A stretch of 64,000 nucleotides of DNA. Origin: a virus (lineage: Duplodnaviria > Caudoviricetes). The stretch spans positions 24,531 to 88,530 of the IMG/VR virus record IMGVR_UViG_3300042452_000698; one strand, 5' to 3'. The position numbers and the translations under genes were made by a program. The notes under the pieces are model-generated. The model worked only from the letters and a program-made list of their open reading frames with translations. It searched no databases and was not told the origin of the DNA. Positions 49,601 to 57,993 of this stretch are shown here, one piece after another; position 1 is the stretch's first letter, and each line of letters starts with the position of its first letter.

Positions 49601-50649
49601 CCATTTATTGTTAATGATCCATAGTATTCATCATTACATGGAATTGGTGGCAATGTTGTTGTTGTGGATGTTGTTGATGTTGTGCAAGAAGCGGCGCAAG
49701 GATCACATGATTTATAAGAAATTATTTCTGGTAAAATAGCAGCCGGTCTTATTAGGGGGATGGATGTTTCATCTACAACAATTTTAGTACTTTGATCACA
49801 ACAGTCTATATAGCCACTATAATAAAACTTTTGTGTTATTGGATCACAAGACATTTGTAAATAAAAATTCGCTCCGCACGGGAAACTTCCACTAGTTGAA
49901 TATGTATTGCCACTTCTAGTAATTAATGATACTTTTTCTTGTCCAGCAAAAGGACCATATCCAACAACGGTAACATAAAACATATTTGGTAGATTAAATC
50001 TATCACAAAAAGGGGGTAGTGTTGTTGTGGTGCTTGTTGTTGTGGTTGTTGTGGTGCATGGCAAGGAAGAAATAACTTCAGATAAAGATATAGAGATTGG
50101 TAGCTTGCCACAGCAAGAATTATCATCTAAATAACAAAGACTATAAAATTCTAACTGTAAAGATTCATTAACCAAGCTTGAAGTTATTAAAAGAGTAACT
50201 TCTATAGAATTTATCTGATAGCTTTGTTCATCATTTCCAATAATACTATATCCAATTATTTCATTAGTCTCTCTTCTTTTTACTATAATCTGTATTCTAT
50301 TTTTTAGAGTAACTAAAGAGTTAAAGTTGATTTCTATTTTATTAAAATTGCTTGAGTTTATTTTTTTTGTTGATGTTACAAACCTTTGCCCATTCTCAAG
50401 CAAAACATTAGATTGGTGTTCGGTAGAAAAATTATTAGAATTTATTTCTACTAAGAATTTGCTATTGAATAGTAGAGATCCGCACCTACAAATACCATTA
50501 TTTTCATATATTTTATCACAAGGTTGGCCGATTGGTGGCACGTAAATATATGGAATATCTACCTGTGGCGCAACAGTTGTGGTAGTTGGCTCTATAAATT
50601 CAATATATGGACTTGCTGGTGGAAGGCACTTTTTAAAAAATCTGCCCAT
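46663..50649 (-). CDS. Cys-rich fibre-like virion protein
   Basis: 1328 aa with about 50 Cys (hand count), poly-Thr linkers, and C-terminal I.NGG.GY repeats typical of phage fibres. Confidence 0.6.
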   Translation of the reverse strand: MGRFFKKCLPPASPYIEFIEPTTTTVAPQVDIPYIYVPPIGQPCDKIYENNGICRCGSLLFNSKFLVEINSNNFSTEHQSNVLLENGQRFVTSTKKINSSNFNKIEINFNSLVTLKNRIQIIVKRRETNEIIGYSIIGNDEQSYQINSIEVTLLITSSLVNESLQLEFYSLCYLDDNSCCGKLPISISLSEVISSLPCTTTTTTTSTTTTLPPFCDRFNLPNMFYVTVVGYGPFAGQEKVSLITRSGNTYSTSGSFPCGANFYLQMSCDPITQKFYYSGYIDCCDQSTKIVVDETSIPLIRPAAILPEIISYKSCDPCAASCTTSTTSTTTTLPPIPCNDEYYGSLTINGYAFYRNSFDTVNIPGVGPLGTKCSGGHVCNRTDFLPKLITEGLTINAQPISLNNLPNGQDIDATFSFNVPDVTLLRNGSSIKLECLDPVCHQGVTWVVLTANVRGNTVVLFNSCVLPNEVDELEYTCDDCCDWDGKDQYIEFACDNSIYSVPFYKIGPNLFEANGTIGCGDTVGAIYRCNPDVKYSGISSCDEKWEVLSISIPCATNPRLTGNILQPCDCNKPPVYEWTADDLSNCECCGQCPVGDGVSGIYIAGSGGWTCWNEGDKNSHIFFSDCTTPEQITIKGLGIVGPQAYSNVAIQNNVLYNGQNIIINTDNKPKSAIIRTNSPNCVSIFGAGTRNTGTGQGWTHPYGTSIPASPQNACGAASPPSTIGGQGAYTLVVSGIDPTGQYEVHLKLGCSTYGPLFPRSPARCGTYFYVIGDNNGTGGNINGTPINGCSEGQMIETNILSNLGASASWDVSDDCLVWLAEGWIVDRDDVNQNCRTKPTLSISVSGAGNGATFEPEYTEIIGGLDNNGLALTSWSLANIKVVNGGTGYSECQPINISLSQQDTEILSLYGCNTENIYARAFMNTSEPTNEIIEILDSGTFDPKNGGAILSPLWQYIGIDVARSCEISGFYVDGIGRNLYRVSGWNIINGGSGYNVNDIIEITFPSGDGSYPFGRVRQNGGYSSTSVVNTVGANGNITLIDVLVSGQYMGSLTDSIENVNFRCLNSNIKPINYYYNDTNCVSGITGIYPTFNISINGGGSGALLSPEIIRRKQCDINEEYYKVLSININHPGSGYVDGQTISITTSGNVTTNVGALGIIYVDSNEPQNPIITFDNFAQINPPTTGVNAILEPVFNILPDRYGVWSSTLDYTSEIYYGRNISNTCNAIPKLRNLYSVSGINIIDGGVGYSIGDYIIIDFTSQEDGVNALATPSVGHIYVDSIDSSGTILSMVVDYAEYSPYGGSLTDTIGSVLLYDNNTCQAPVGDYRFS

Positions 50650-50660
50650 AAATCACCTCG

Positions 50661-53600
50661 CTATTGACAACAAACATTGCAATCTTCTTGAGAATTAATC
50701 CATAATGGTCTATACTCATTATTTATCTTAAGCGCAATTACATAAGCTCCTTGTGGAATATTAAGATTTAAATCTCTATTAACAAGCGTTACACTACCAG
50801 CATCTGCCCAAACGGAATTTTTAATAACTAAACTTCCAACTGTTGGATTTGCTGCATTTATTGGAGCAGAAATTTTTAGTGGACAATATCCTTCTACTAA
50901 TAAAGATGATAAACCTTGGGAAAGATTGTTAATGCCAGAAGTTAATACTTCAATATTATTTTTATTTGTAGTAATTTGTGATGCTGAAGATAAAGAAGTA
51001 TTATCACTAAATCTAATAGCCCCAAGTATTCTAAAATCAGCACTTAATTCTGCATATGGAACACTTGTATTTGGTTGAAAGTAAGTTGGAACTGTAGTAA
51101 TAGGTTCTGCATTATGGTTTAGCTTTAGTATATTTTTTGTTTTGTTTCCAGTAAAAGCGAAGTATAATTCATTTTCTGGATAATCACTTCCACCATAATC
51201 AAGCACTTCTATGACGTTATTTCTGATACCAATTGCTTCAGAATTATTACTATTATAAACTCTTAAATGCCCACCGCTTGGCATTGTTAATATTTTGCTA
51301 GCATTATTTGGTCCTAGCGTTCCTTGTAGTAATACTAAGTTTTTATTAGCCCCGAGCCAGAATTGATAATCTCCGCTTGTGGAGTCAGCTAATCCACTAT
51401 TTCCAATAACTATATTATTATTTGCGCTTAAAGACGTATTATTAAATGCGTTGTTTCCAATTACTATATTATTGTGGCCAGTGGATAATGATGATGCGGA
51501 CCTATATCCAAGAATAGAATTTCTATAGCCTGTAGTAATTCCGCTTCCACAATAAGCACCAACTATTGTATTTTCGTATCCGCCGTCTGAACCATTGTAA
51601 AAAGATCCGTATCCTAATGATGTATTGTTTTTACTGTTAATATTTATAGTAGATCTATTCTTTGTAGAATATATTCCACCAAATGTATTTGCGCTATTGT
51701 CGCAGTATAATGCTCGACCGTCCGTATTATCTAGCCTATTAACAACTAAATCGTGAATATTTCCACTGGAATCTAATAGATAAACTGTTGATGATTGTGA
51801 CGCAACAATTTTTGGTTTAGCATATAATTTAGCATATTTTGAAGATGATGTAAATGTGCCAGAAGCTTCATAAAGACTAACTGCTGGCCTATTGTTAAAA
51901 TTATCACCCAAAGTAAACATTTCATTGGCAGTTCCGCTTGCTGTGAAAATACCAATTCTATTATTATCATATAATCTAATAAAGACACTTCTTCCAGAGT
52001 CTTTATACATACTTAGGTCAGCAATGCCACTTGTATTTAAATAGGCTGTTTCAAAACCTTTATACAAGCAATCTTGTTCGCCAAGAAGCTGTACTGCGGC
52101 TATTGTTTGACTCTGGTTTTCTGCCGTTGCTCTTATTATTGCATTGCCAGTACTTCTTATATCTATAGCCGTTTTTGGTATTGCATTTTGTGATATTTGT
52201 GCTAAGTTATTTATTCCTAGTATAGCATCGCCACCATTTTGTAAGATACTAACAACATTTTGATTGTACGATGTATTATCGTAAGATCCTATTATTAGTC
52301 TGCTAGTTTTTTGTCCAACAATATTTAATAAAGAGTCATCAATGTATTTAAGATCAAATCCTCTTAGTTTTTCTCTATTGCTATTTGATGGATCTAGTAC
52401 TTTATTTTTTGCTCCAGTAATAAATCTAGTTCCTATTGTTACTCCAGACTCTAAAGCTATTACAGAAGAAAAATAAGGATTTGAATTTCCAGAACTAGAA
52501 ATAAGATTAAAGTTTCCAGATCCACCAATACTTGATCTATTAGTAAATGCATTATTGTTGCAAACAAAAGATACGCCACTATTGAAATATAATCCATGCC
52601 CATCATTAAAGTGGCTTATGACTCTATTAGATATTAAGTAAACGCCGGTTGATAGGGCGAGAGATATGTTGCTATTCCACCTAGCCTTGGCAAAAAGATT
52701 ATTTTCAAAACTAGAGCCACTTGCTGGTGGAGAAAAATCAAAAGTATATTTTCTTAGTGTTCCGCCATTGTCTGAATATAAATTAAATCCAGCGCCAAGC
52801 AAAGAGCCATCATCTAGATAGTTACAAAAATCAAGATTATTATTACATCCGCTTGCTGCTAGATAAATTGTTTTACATGGATAAAAACATGTTTCTACAG
52901 CATTTAGTATAGAAATAGTTGCCGTATTGCTTACAACAATATCTTTGAAATATCCAGACGCCCACTGTTTGCTGGGTTCGCCAAAAGTTTGTTGACTGTT
53001 GTTAAAAGGAACAAGATTTCCACTAATGGCGCAGTTTTTATCATTTAAAGAAATTCCAACATTTCCACTTGGGTGAACTATTGAGTTTGATACAAAAATA
53101 TGTTTCCATGAATATTGATTGCTTCCAAGATTATAAGCATTTCCGCTAGATGGATTAGCATTTCCTCCAACCTGTAACGCAGCATTATCGTGTAATGAAT
53201 TAACTCCAATACCAAATTTAATTCCAGAAAGATCAGCATGAACTAAAGGAATTAGTCCAGAGCCACTTGGATTATCACAAAGATATTCTTCATCAACAGG
53301 GTGTGAAGCTATATATAACTTATAATTTGAGTCACGATCAATATAGTATCCAGCCGCATTTCCTATACCAATATTAAAATTACCAACCCTATTATTGCTT
53401 AAAGAGTAGTTTCCTACACCAACATTTCCAATTCCAGTAGAATTAGAAGATAGTGATAGATAACCTACAGCAACGTTATTTTCTCCATAAACATTGCAAG
53501 ATAATGATTTTGATCCTAAAGCAGTATTTTTAGAACCTTGGTAGTTTGACTTTAAAGCTTCAAAGCCAAATGCAGAATTATCTAAGCTTGAATATCCTTC

Positions 53601-53822
53601 AAGCTCTAGATTTGCTATAGTAAGTTCGCCAACCCTAGTTGTTCTAGTTTCTGGGGTGGAAAAATTTCTAGCTTTTAGATTGTGTTCGCCAGTGAGTAAA
53701 TGTACTGAGTCTATTATGTCTAATAGATTATGTCTAATATCATGTGGTGATATTTGTCCAGTTGAATTATCAGATAGCTCAGTAACAATGTTCTCAACAA
53801 GCTGATACTTGCTTAAGATCAT
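50661..53822 (-). CDS. Fibre-like virion protein with YadA-head-like beta-helix repeats
   Basis: 14-aa repeats N(T/V)A.G..(A/S)L..N..G..N and N.(I/A).G...G...TTG..N. N-terminus paralogous to 42609-43544. Confidence 0.65.
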   Translation of the reverse strand: MILSKYQLVENIVTELSDNSTGQISPHDIRHNLLDIIDSVHLLTGEHNLKARNFSTPETRTTRVGELTIANLELEGYSSLDNSAFGFEALKSNYQGSKNTALGSKSLSCNVYGENNVAVGYLSLSSNSTGIGNVGVGNYSLSNNRVGNFNIGIGNAAGYYIDRDSNYKLYIASHPVDEEYLCDNPSGSGLIPLVHADLSGIKFGIGVNSLHDNAALQVGGNANPSSGNAYNLGSNQYSWKHIFVSNSIVHPSGNVGISLNDKNCAISGNLVPFNNSQQTFGEPSKQWASGYFKDIVVSNTATISILNAVETCFYPCKTIYLAASGCNNNLDFCNYLDDGSLLGAGFNLYSDNGGTLRKYTFDFSPPASGSSFENNLFAKARWNSNISLALSTGVYLISNRVISHFNDGHGLYFNSGVSFVCNNNAFTNRSSIGGSGNFNLISSSGNSNPYFSSVIALESGVTIGTRFITGAKNKVLDPSNSNREKLRGFDLKYIDDSLLNIVGQKTSRLIIGSYDNTSYNQNVVSILQNGGDAILGINNLAQISQNAIPKTAIDIRSTGNAIIRATAENQSQTIAAVQLLGEQDCLYKGFETAYLNTSGIADLSMYKDSGRSVFIRLYDNNRIGIFTASGTANEMFTLGDNFNNRPAVSLYEASGTFTSSSKYAKLYAKPKIVASQSSTVYLLDSSGNIHDLVVNRLDNTDGRALYCDNSANTFGGIYSTKNRSTININSKNNTSLGYGSFYNGSDGGYENTIVGAYCGSGITTGYRNSILGYRSASSLSTGHNNIVIGNNAFNNTSLSANNNIVIGNSGLADSTSGDYQFWLGANKNLVLLQGTLGPNNASKILTMPSGGHLRVYNSNNSEAIGIRNNVIEVLDYGGSDYPENELYFAFTGNKTKNILKLNHNAEPITTVPTYFQPNTSVPYAELSADFRILGAIRFSDNTSLSSASQITTNKNNIEVLTSGINNLSQGLSSLLVEGYCPLKISAPINAANPTVGSLVIKNSVWADAGSVTLVNRDLNLNIPQGAYVIALKINNEYRPLWINSQEDCNVCCQ

Positions 53823-53833
53823 TATTTATCTTT

Positions 53834-54547
53834 CTATTTTAGGCTTATTTCTAGCGAATTAGTATCTAGTTTAACGTTGTCGCCCGTATATATATATCTT
53901 GGGTTTTCAAGTTTAGAATACATAAGCAAGTTACCAGACCCGTATGCTGAATTGTCTAAAATAGCTATTCCAGAAACCCATCCCCAATCATTTAACGCTG
54001 TGTTAAAAACTAATTGTGAAGAATTTTTGATAAAACCATTTCCATCATATTGAGAATATCCGGGATTTTGAGCTTGTCCAGACTGTGCTAAACTTGTTGG
54101 GGAGTAAAATGTAACGTTTGGAAATTCTTTAAATTGATATGAGTAAGAAAATCCTATTAACAAAGATGTATTTGCTTTGTCTGCGTTATTTGATGTTGTC
54201 TGGTTTAAATATAGGGGATAAAAATATCCACTTGTTCCAACCGCTTGTCCAGAAGAACTAACGCCAGAAACACTAAAAATTGTTGTTTCATCGCTACCAA
54301 CAGCGTTCCACACGTTGTTTCCAACGCCAGACGGGGAGCCTAAATTAATTCTAGCATAATTTGTGGTAACAAAGTTATTTCCTTTTTGTACGCCAGATGG
54401 TAACTCTGGAATAGTGTTACCAGTATTGGAGTCTAAGCAAACTCCGCTTGTGAGAGCTATAGCAATTTGTGAAGGCTTAGTAAAAACGCCGCTTCTAAAA
54501 ATATGATTTAAAAGCTGGGCCTCAAGATAGTCGGATAGTGCGGCCAT
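53834..54547 (-). CDS. Conserved virion structural protein (possible head/fibre decoration)
   Basis: MAALSDYLE..LLNH...YARI...N...L.F..A..DWG.V.GIAILD...G.GNLL...L...R.I..GD pattern, common next to capsid genes. Confidence 0.6.
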   Translation of the reverse strand: MAALSDYLEAQLLNHIFRSGVFTKPSQIAIALTSGVCLDSNTGNTIPELPSGVQKGNNFVTTNYARINLGSPSGVGNNVWNAVGSDETTIFSVSGVSSSGQAVGTSGYFYPLYLNQTTSNNADKANTSLLIGFSYSYQFKEFPNVTFYSPTSLAQSGQAQNPGYSQYDGNGFIKNSSQLVFNTALNDWGWVSGIAILDNSAYGSGNLLMYSKLENPRYIYTGDNVKLDTNSLEISLK

Positions 54548-54591
54548 AAAAGTCTCCTAATTTATCCTAAAATGATATCATATACTGTTAT

Positions 54592-54597
54592 ATACAC
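54592..54597 (-). promoter_or_regulatory. Putative late promoter motif GTGTAT (copy 4)
   Basis: TGTGTATATAACAG directly abutting the U-tract of the MCP terminator, about 45 nt upstream of the ATG at 54547. Confidence 0.55.
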
Positions 54598-54631
54598 AAA
54601 AGAGCCACCCCCATTTGCTGAAGGTGGCTCT
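54596..54631 (-). terminator. Rho-independent terminator after the major capsid gene
   Basis: Minus strand AGAGCCACC(TTC)-AGCAAAT-(GGG)GGTGGCTCT followed by TTTGTGT. Confidence 0.8.
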
Positions 54632-54659
54632 CTGTGAATCACTAGTAATTACATTCTTA

Positions 54660-55667
54660 TTAGAATGATCCTAGAATTACTCTTCTGTTGTCAAGAACAC
54701 CAAAGCCGAGTTCGGCCCAACCGTAATAGCCAGCGCGTTGCTGACGATGTAGTGTTGGATCTTCGAAAACCTGTAGCTGTTGCTTGACGGGCATAACGAA
54801 ACTATCTCTTGAGGATTGGTCTAGACCAACGACAACTTCTGTGTCGCTTGACTGAACCGCACCAGAAAGATCGTTGAGGAAGAAGTCTTGATATTCTTGA
54901 CCTTCGCCAAGTTCATCAAGATCATGAAGATTAACACCGAAGATTCTGGTGAGTGGAGCGCCACCCTCAGTAGCGGTGTAAATTTCACGACGAGTAACTT
55001 CGTCAACTTGATCTAATCCCCAGTTGCGAACGTCTTCAAGAGCTTCTGGACTAACATACATATCAGTAAGACGGCCACGACCAACTGATGCGCTATTGCC
55101 ACCAGAGTTACGACGCATTACTGTTTGCATGAGAGAAACGAGTCTCTTTGAGAACATTCCGGCTGTGGCATCGGCATCATAAACGAGAAGATTACGATCA
55201 ACACCGGCAGCAAGAATTGTGTGCCATCCGTCATCGTTCATCTTCTTTGTGAAGCCAGCTTCCATAACCTGCATTGCACGACCAACAATGTCCCATCTGG
55301 CTTCGCGGGCATAGCGAAGTAGATAGTCGATTGAAGATGTGATGCTATATGTTGGGATCATCACATAGTCGCCTTCAACACTTCTTTCTGGAATTCTTCC
55401 GTGGCCGGGATTTGTGTAAGCAACATGCTCACCTTCTAGGCCGGGAGAAATTAGATCGAGAGGATATTCTGTGGTAGCGCCGGGTTCAACATTCATTGTT
55501 TCGAAGATGTTGCCAAGAACATTACCAACTAAAACACCCTTTCGTAAAGGTAACTCAAGAGCTTTAGCGAACTCTCTTTGAGCCGCCATCGCTACATTAA
55601 CATCGCCATCCCCTGACTTACGTAGGAGAGCGATAAACTCATCGCTAGGTCTAGTATTAATTGCCAT
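54660..55667 (-). CDS. Major capsid protein (HK97-like fold)
   Basis: 335 aa with strong SD AAGGAG and a terminator after it. Pattern P.Y.I...I.Y...YAR.ARWD.V.RA......F.KK.N.DG and a C-terminal G.Y...E.GFGV.D.R fit an MCP. Follows the protease/scaffold and decoration genes. Confidence 0.85.
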   Translation of the reverse strand: MAINTRPSDEFIALLRKSGDGDVNVAMAAQREFAKALELPLRKGVLVGNVLGNIFETMNVEPGATTEYPLDLISPGLEGEHVAYTNPGHGRIPERSVEGDYVMIPTYSITSSIDYLLRYAREARWDIVGRAMQVMEAGFTKKMNDDGWHTILAAGVDRNLLVYDADATAGMFSKRLVSLMQTVMRRNSGGNSASVGRGRLTDMYVSPEALEDVRNWGLDQVDEVTRREIYTATEGGAPLTRIFGVNLHDLDELGEGQEYQDFFLNDLSGAVQSSDTEVVVGLDQSSRDSFVMPVKQQLQVFEDPTLHRQQRAGYYGWAELGFGVLDNRRVILGSF

Positions 55668-55696
55668 TTTTAAATTCTCCTTATATATTATATAAC

Positions 55697-56170
55697 TCAG
55701 GGTAGGTTAACTTCTACTTTAGCATAACCGTCCTCGTCCTTACCAGAGAGGAAGCGGCCAACTTGTAAAACGCCAGAACTGCCGGGGCTATCTACCCTAA
55801 GATTGCCAGCGTTTACGTGGCAAGCATAAGCAGCATCACCAGCATTTACAGTCGTGCTTGTGATATTATTTGTTACAACATACCCCTTACGGAGAACTGT
55901 AACCTTTCCACCCTTCTGAACCTCGTCCTTGTGCTGGTTGAGGTGAGTACGGGTTAGATCCTTATTAACTACATCATTTAATAGAATGCCAACTGGACGG
56001 CTTGTTGCTGTAACAGTTGCATACTTCACAAGGTTAACACCTTGATCCATAGCTGCTCCAGAACCGGCAGTTGTGTCATGAACTACAACGCCACCGCGAG
56101 TAGCGGTTCCAGCGTCGTAGAAGAAACTGATATCAGTTTGTAACTCATATCGATCTGATTTAAGAGCCAT
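55697..56170 (-). CDS. Capsid decoration/cement protein
   Basis: 157 aa, beta-rich (P.GILLNDVV...GGKVTVLR.G.VVTN.I...VG.FLS..D.DGYAKVEVNLP). Lies between the scaffold and MCP genes. Confidence 0.7.
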   Translation of the reverse strand: MALKSDRYELQTDISFFYDAGTATRGGVVVHDTTAGSGAAMDQGVNLVKYATVTATSRPVGILLNDVVNKDLTRTHLNQHKDEVQKGGKVTVLRKGYVVTNNITSTTVNAGDAAYACHVNAGNLRVDSPGSSGVLQVGRFLSGKDEDGYAKVEVNLP

Positions 56171-56188
56171 AATTTTTCTCCTATTTAA

Positions 56189-57652
56189 TCACTTGCGTAA
56201 AACGTTTTCTGTAAGCCACTCTGCCACACTAGCTCTTGCGGCCTCTAATTCATCATTCACATCAGAAGCATCTACAAGAGTGGCTTCTGTTGTTTGTACT
56301 TCTTGGAAAAGTTCTTCTGTTACTTCTTCAGCAACAGCTTCAGCAGCCTTGGTTTCCGAAACAGTTTCGGTAGCCATTGGCTTTTCTTCTTTCTCTTCCT
56401 TTTTCATCTTATATTTCATTTCAGCCATTTTCTTTTTCATGGCTGCGACAATTGCTTCAAAAGCACTGTCATCTAAAGAGTCATATAGAGGAATTGATTC
56501 TTCTGCTTCTGATTCTTCGAATCCAGCCTCAAGCAAGTTTGCTTTACGCATTCTGTACTTTTCTTTGTCTTTCATATCTTTCATAGCGGCAGAAAGATCT
56601 GATAATTCCTTCTCTTTAGCTACTAAAGCTTCTTCTAATGATAAGACTCTCTCTTCGAAAGTTTTGATAGCTGAATCTTTTTCTGCTAAAGTACTTTCTA
56701 GTGTTGAAACCTTATCAGCGAACTCTTTTAGAGTTACTTCGTTTTCAGCTTGAGCAGTTTTAATTTCTTCTTTAGAAGCTGTTAGCTCATTTTGTAAATC
56801 AGCTAATTGCTTCTCTAGGTTAATATCTGACATTTTAAAATCTCCTTTAGAAACATTAGAAATAACATTTATTTTGCCTTCGTTTATTGGCGCAGAAAAT
56901 GCTTTGCTAGAATCCAAAATTATACTTCTTGGATTTGCTGGTCGAGAAACTAATCCTTTTCCAGAAAAAGAAATACTTTTTAATGATCTACCAATTTTAT
57001 AACCTTCATATTCTCCTGTGCCACCATAAGCTTTTAAGTGTTTGGTCAAAAAAGCTGATTCTTCATTACGAGCTATAACCTTTTGATTGTTATTTTTATC
57101 TATAACCGAATAATCAAATCCAGCAAATAAACACTCCATAGAAACAAACCATTTACCATCTTCTATCTCTGATATTATTTTTTCCATTCTTTCCTTGTTG
57201 TCTGGATTAGTCCAGCTATTATATAAAACAGCTTCTGTAACTATATCGAATTCATCTGGAACATTGTCATCATTTTCTGCTAATATCTTGTTTCCATTTC
57301 TATCAACAATATAGCTACCTGTTATATGCCCAATGATATCATTCTCATTGTGCATGAAATTAAATTGTTTATCTTCTGGTGTGTTTTTAGCCGCCCATGT
57401 TTGTTTAGGATCAAAAACATCGTCATTTTTGTTCCAGCCCGTTGAAACTAAAATTGATTTAATATAATATAAATCTATTTGGTTTGGATTACTTGAGGCT
57501 TTAATCTTATTTATAAGACTTCTAGAAATATCCCAAGACGAATCGGAGTCAATATTATTAACCAATAATGCTGGAGCGCAATAAGCAATAGATGCTTGCG
57601 CCTTGATATTATCAGATAGTCCGTCTAGTATTTCTTGTTGATATATTTTCAT
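56189..57652 (-). CDS. Prohead protease fused to a coiled-coil scaffold
   Basis: N.NDD.F, FNFMH...IIGHI, WFVSMEC and F.GKGLV..PA motifs of assemblin-like prohead proteases. The C-terminal ~210 aa form an E/K/A-rich coiled coil. Confidence 0.75.
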   Translation of the reverse strand: MKIYQQEILDGLSDNIKAQASIAYCAPALLVNNIDSDSSWDISRSLINKIKASSNPNQIDLYYIKSILVSTGWNKNDDVFDPKQTWAAKNTPEDKQFNFMHNENDIIGHITGSYIVDRNGNKILAENDDNVPDEFDIVTEAVLYNSWTNPDNKERMEKIISEIEDGKWFVSMECLFAGFDYSVIDKNNNQKVIARNEESAFLTKHLKAYGGTGEYEGYKIGRSLKSISFSGKGLVSRPANPRSIILDSSKAFSAPINEGKINVISNVSKGDFKMSDINLEKQLADLQNELTASKEEIKTAQAENEVTLKEFADKVSTLESTLAEKDSAIKTFEERVLSLEEALVAKEKELSDLSAAMKDMKDKEKYRMRKANLLEAGFEESEAEESIPLYDSLDDSAFEAIVAAMKKKMAEMKYKMKKEEKEEKPMATETVSETKAAEAVAEEVTEELFQEVQTTEATLVDASDVNDELEAARASVAEWLTENVLRK

Positions 57653-57679
57653 TTTAAAAGTTTATTATGTCAAACTAAT

Positions 57680-57685
57680 ATACAC
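57680..57685 (-). promoter_or_regulatory. Putative late promoter motif GTGTAT (copy 5)
   Basis: TGTGTATATTAGTTTG, about 28 nt upstream of the protease ATG. Confidence 0.55.
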
Positions 57686-57726
57686 AAAAATTAAAAAAAC
57701 GTTAATTATGTTGAATTTTAAGTATT

Positions 57727-57984
57727 TTATAGTTCTAGATTATTTTCAGTCCAATTTGATTCAGATAATATTTCTAATATTTCTTCGTGGGTATATGGGC
57801 CTTGTTTTGATGTCAAATTTGATACACAATCTGGCATAGATCCTTCCCACTTTACAAAAGTAAGAGTTCCGTCTAAACTTTTTCTTACAGTCTCAGCACT
57901 AGTTTCTAAAACAGCGCTAAAATCAATACTGTCTAGTTCGCTAACGTTAAATATCATATACTGACGATTTTCATAGTCTAACAT
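57727..57984 (-). CDS. Small acidic hypothetical phage protein
   Basis: 85 aa (IDF..V.ETS..T.RKS.DGT.TFVKW.G..P...GPYTHEEIL.IL...W); SD AGGAG. Confidence 0.65.
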   Translation of the reverse strand: MLDYENRQYMIFNVSELDSIDFSAVLETSAETVRKSLDGTLTFVKWEGSMPDCVSNLTSKQGPYTHEEILEILSESNWTENNLEL

Positions 57985-57993
57985 AAATTCTCC

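Larger units (their letters stand above)
40927..50590 (-). repeat. Poly-Thr linker tracts in three fibre genes
   Basis: ACN codon runs at about 40927-41010, 45008-45083, 45428-45458, 45925-45995, 46382-46425, 49655-49685, 50019-50056 and 50574-50588. Confidence 0.9.

Noticed and set aside
56193-56753. 186-aa + strand ORF
   Set aside because: It is antisense to the low-complexity scaffold coiled coil, with S/A-rich shadow composition and no RBS.
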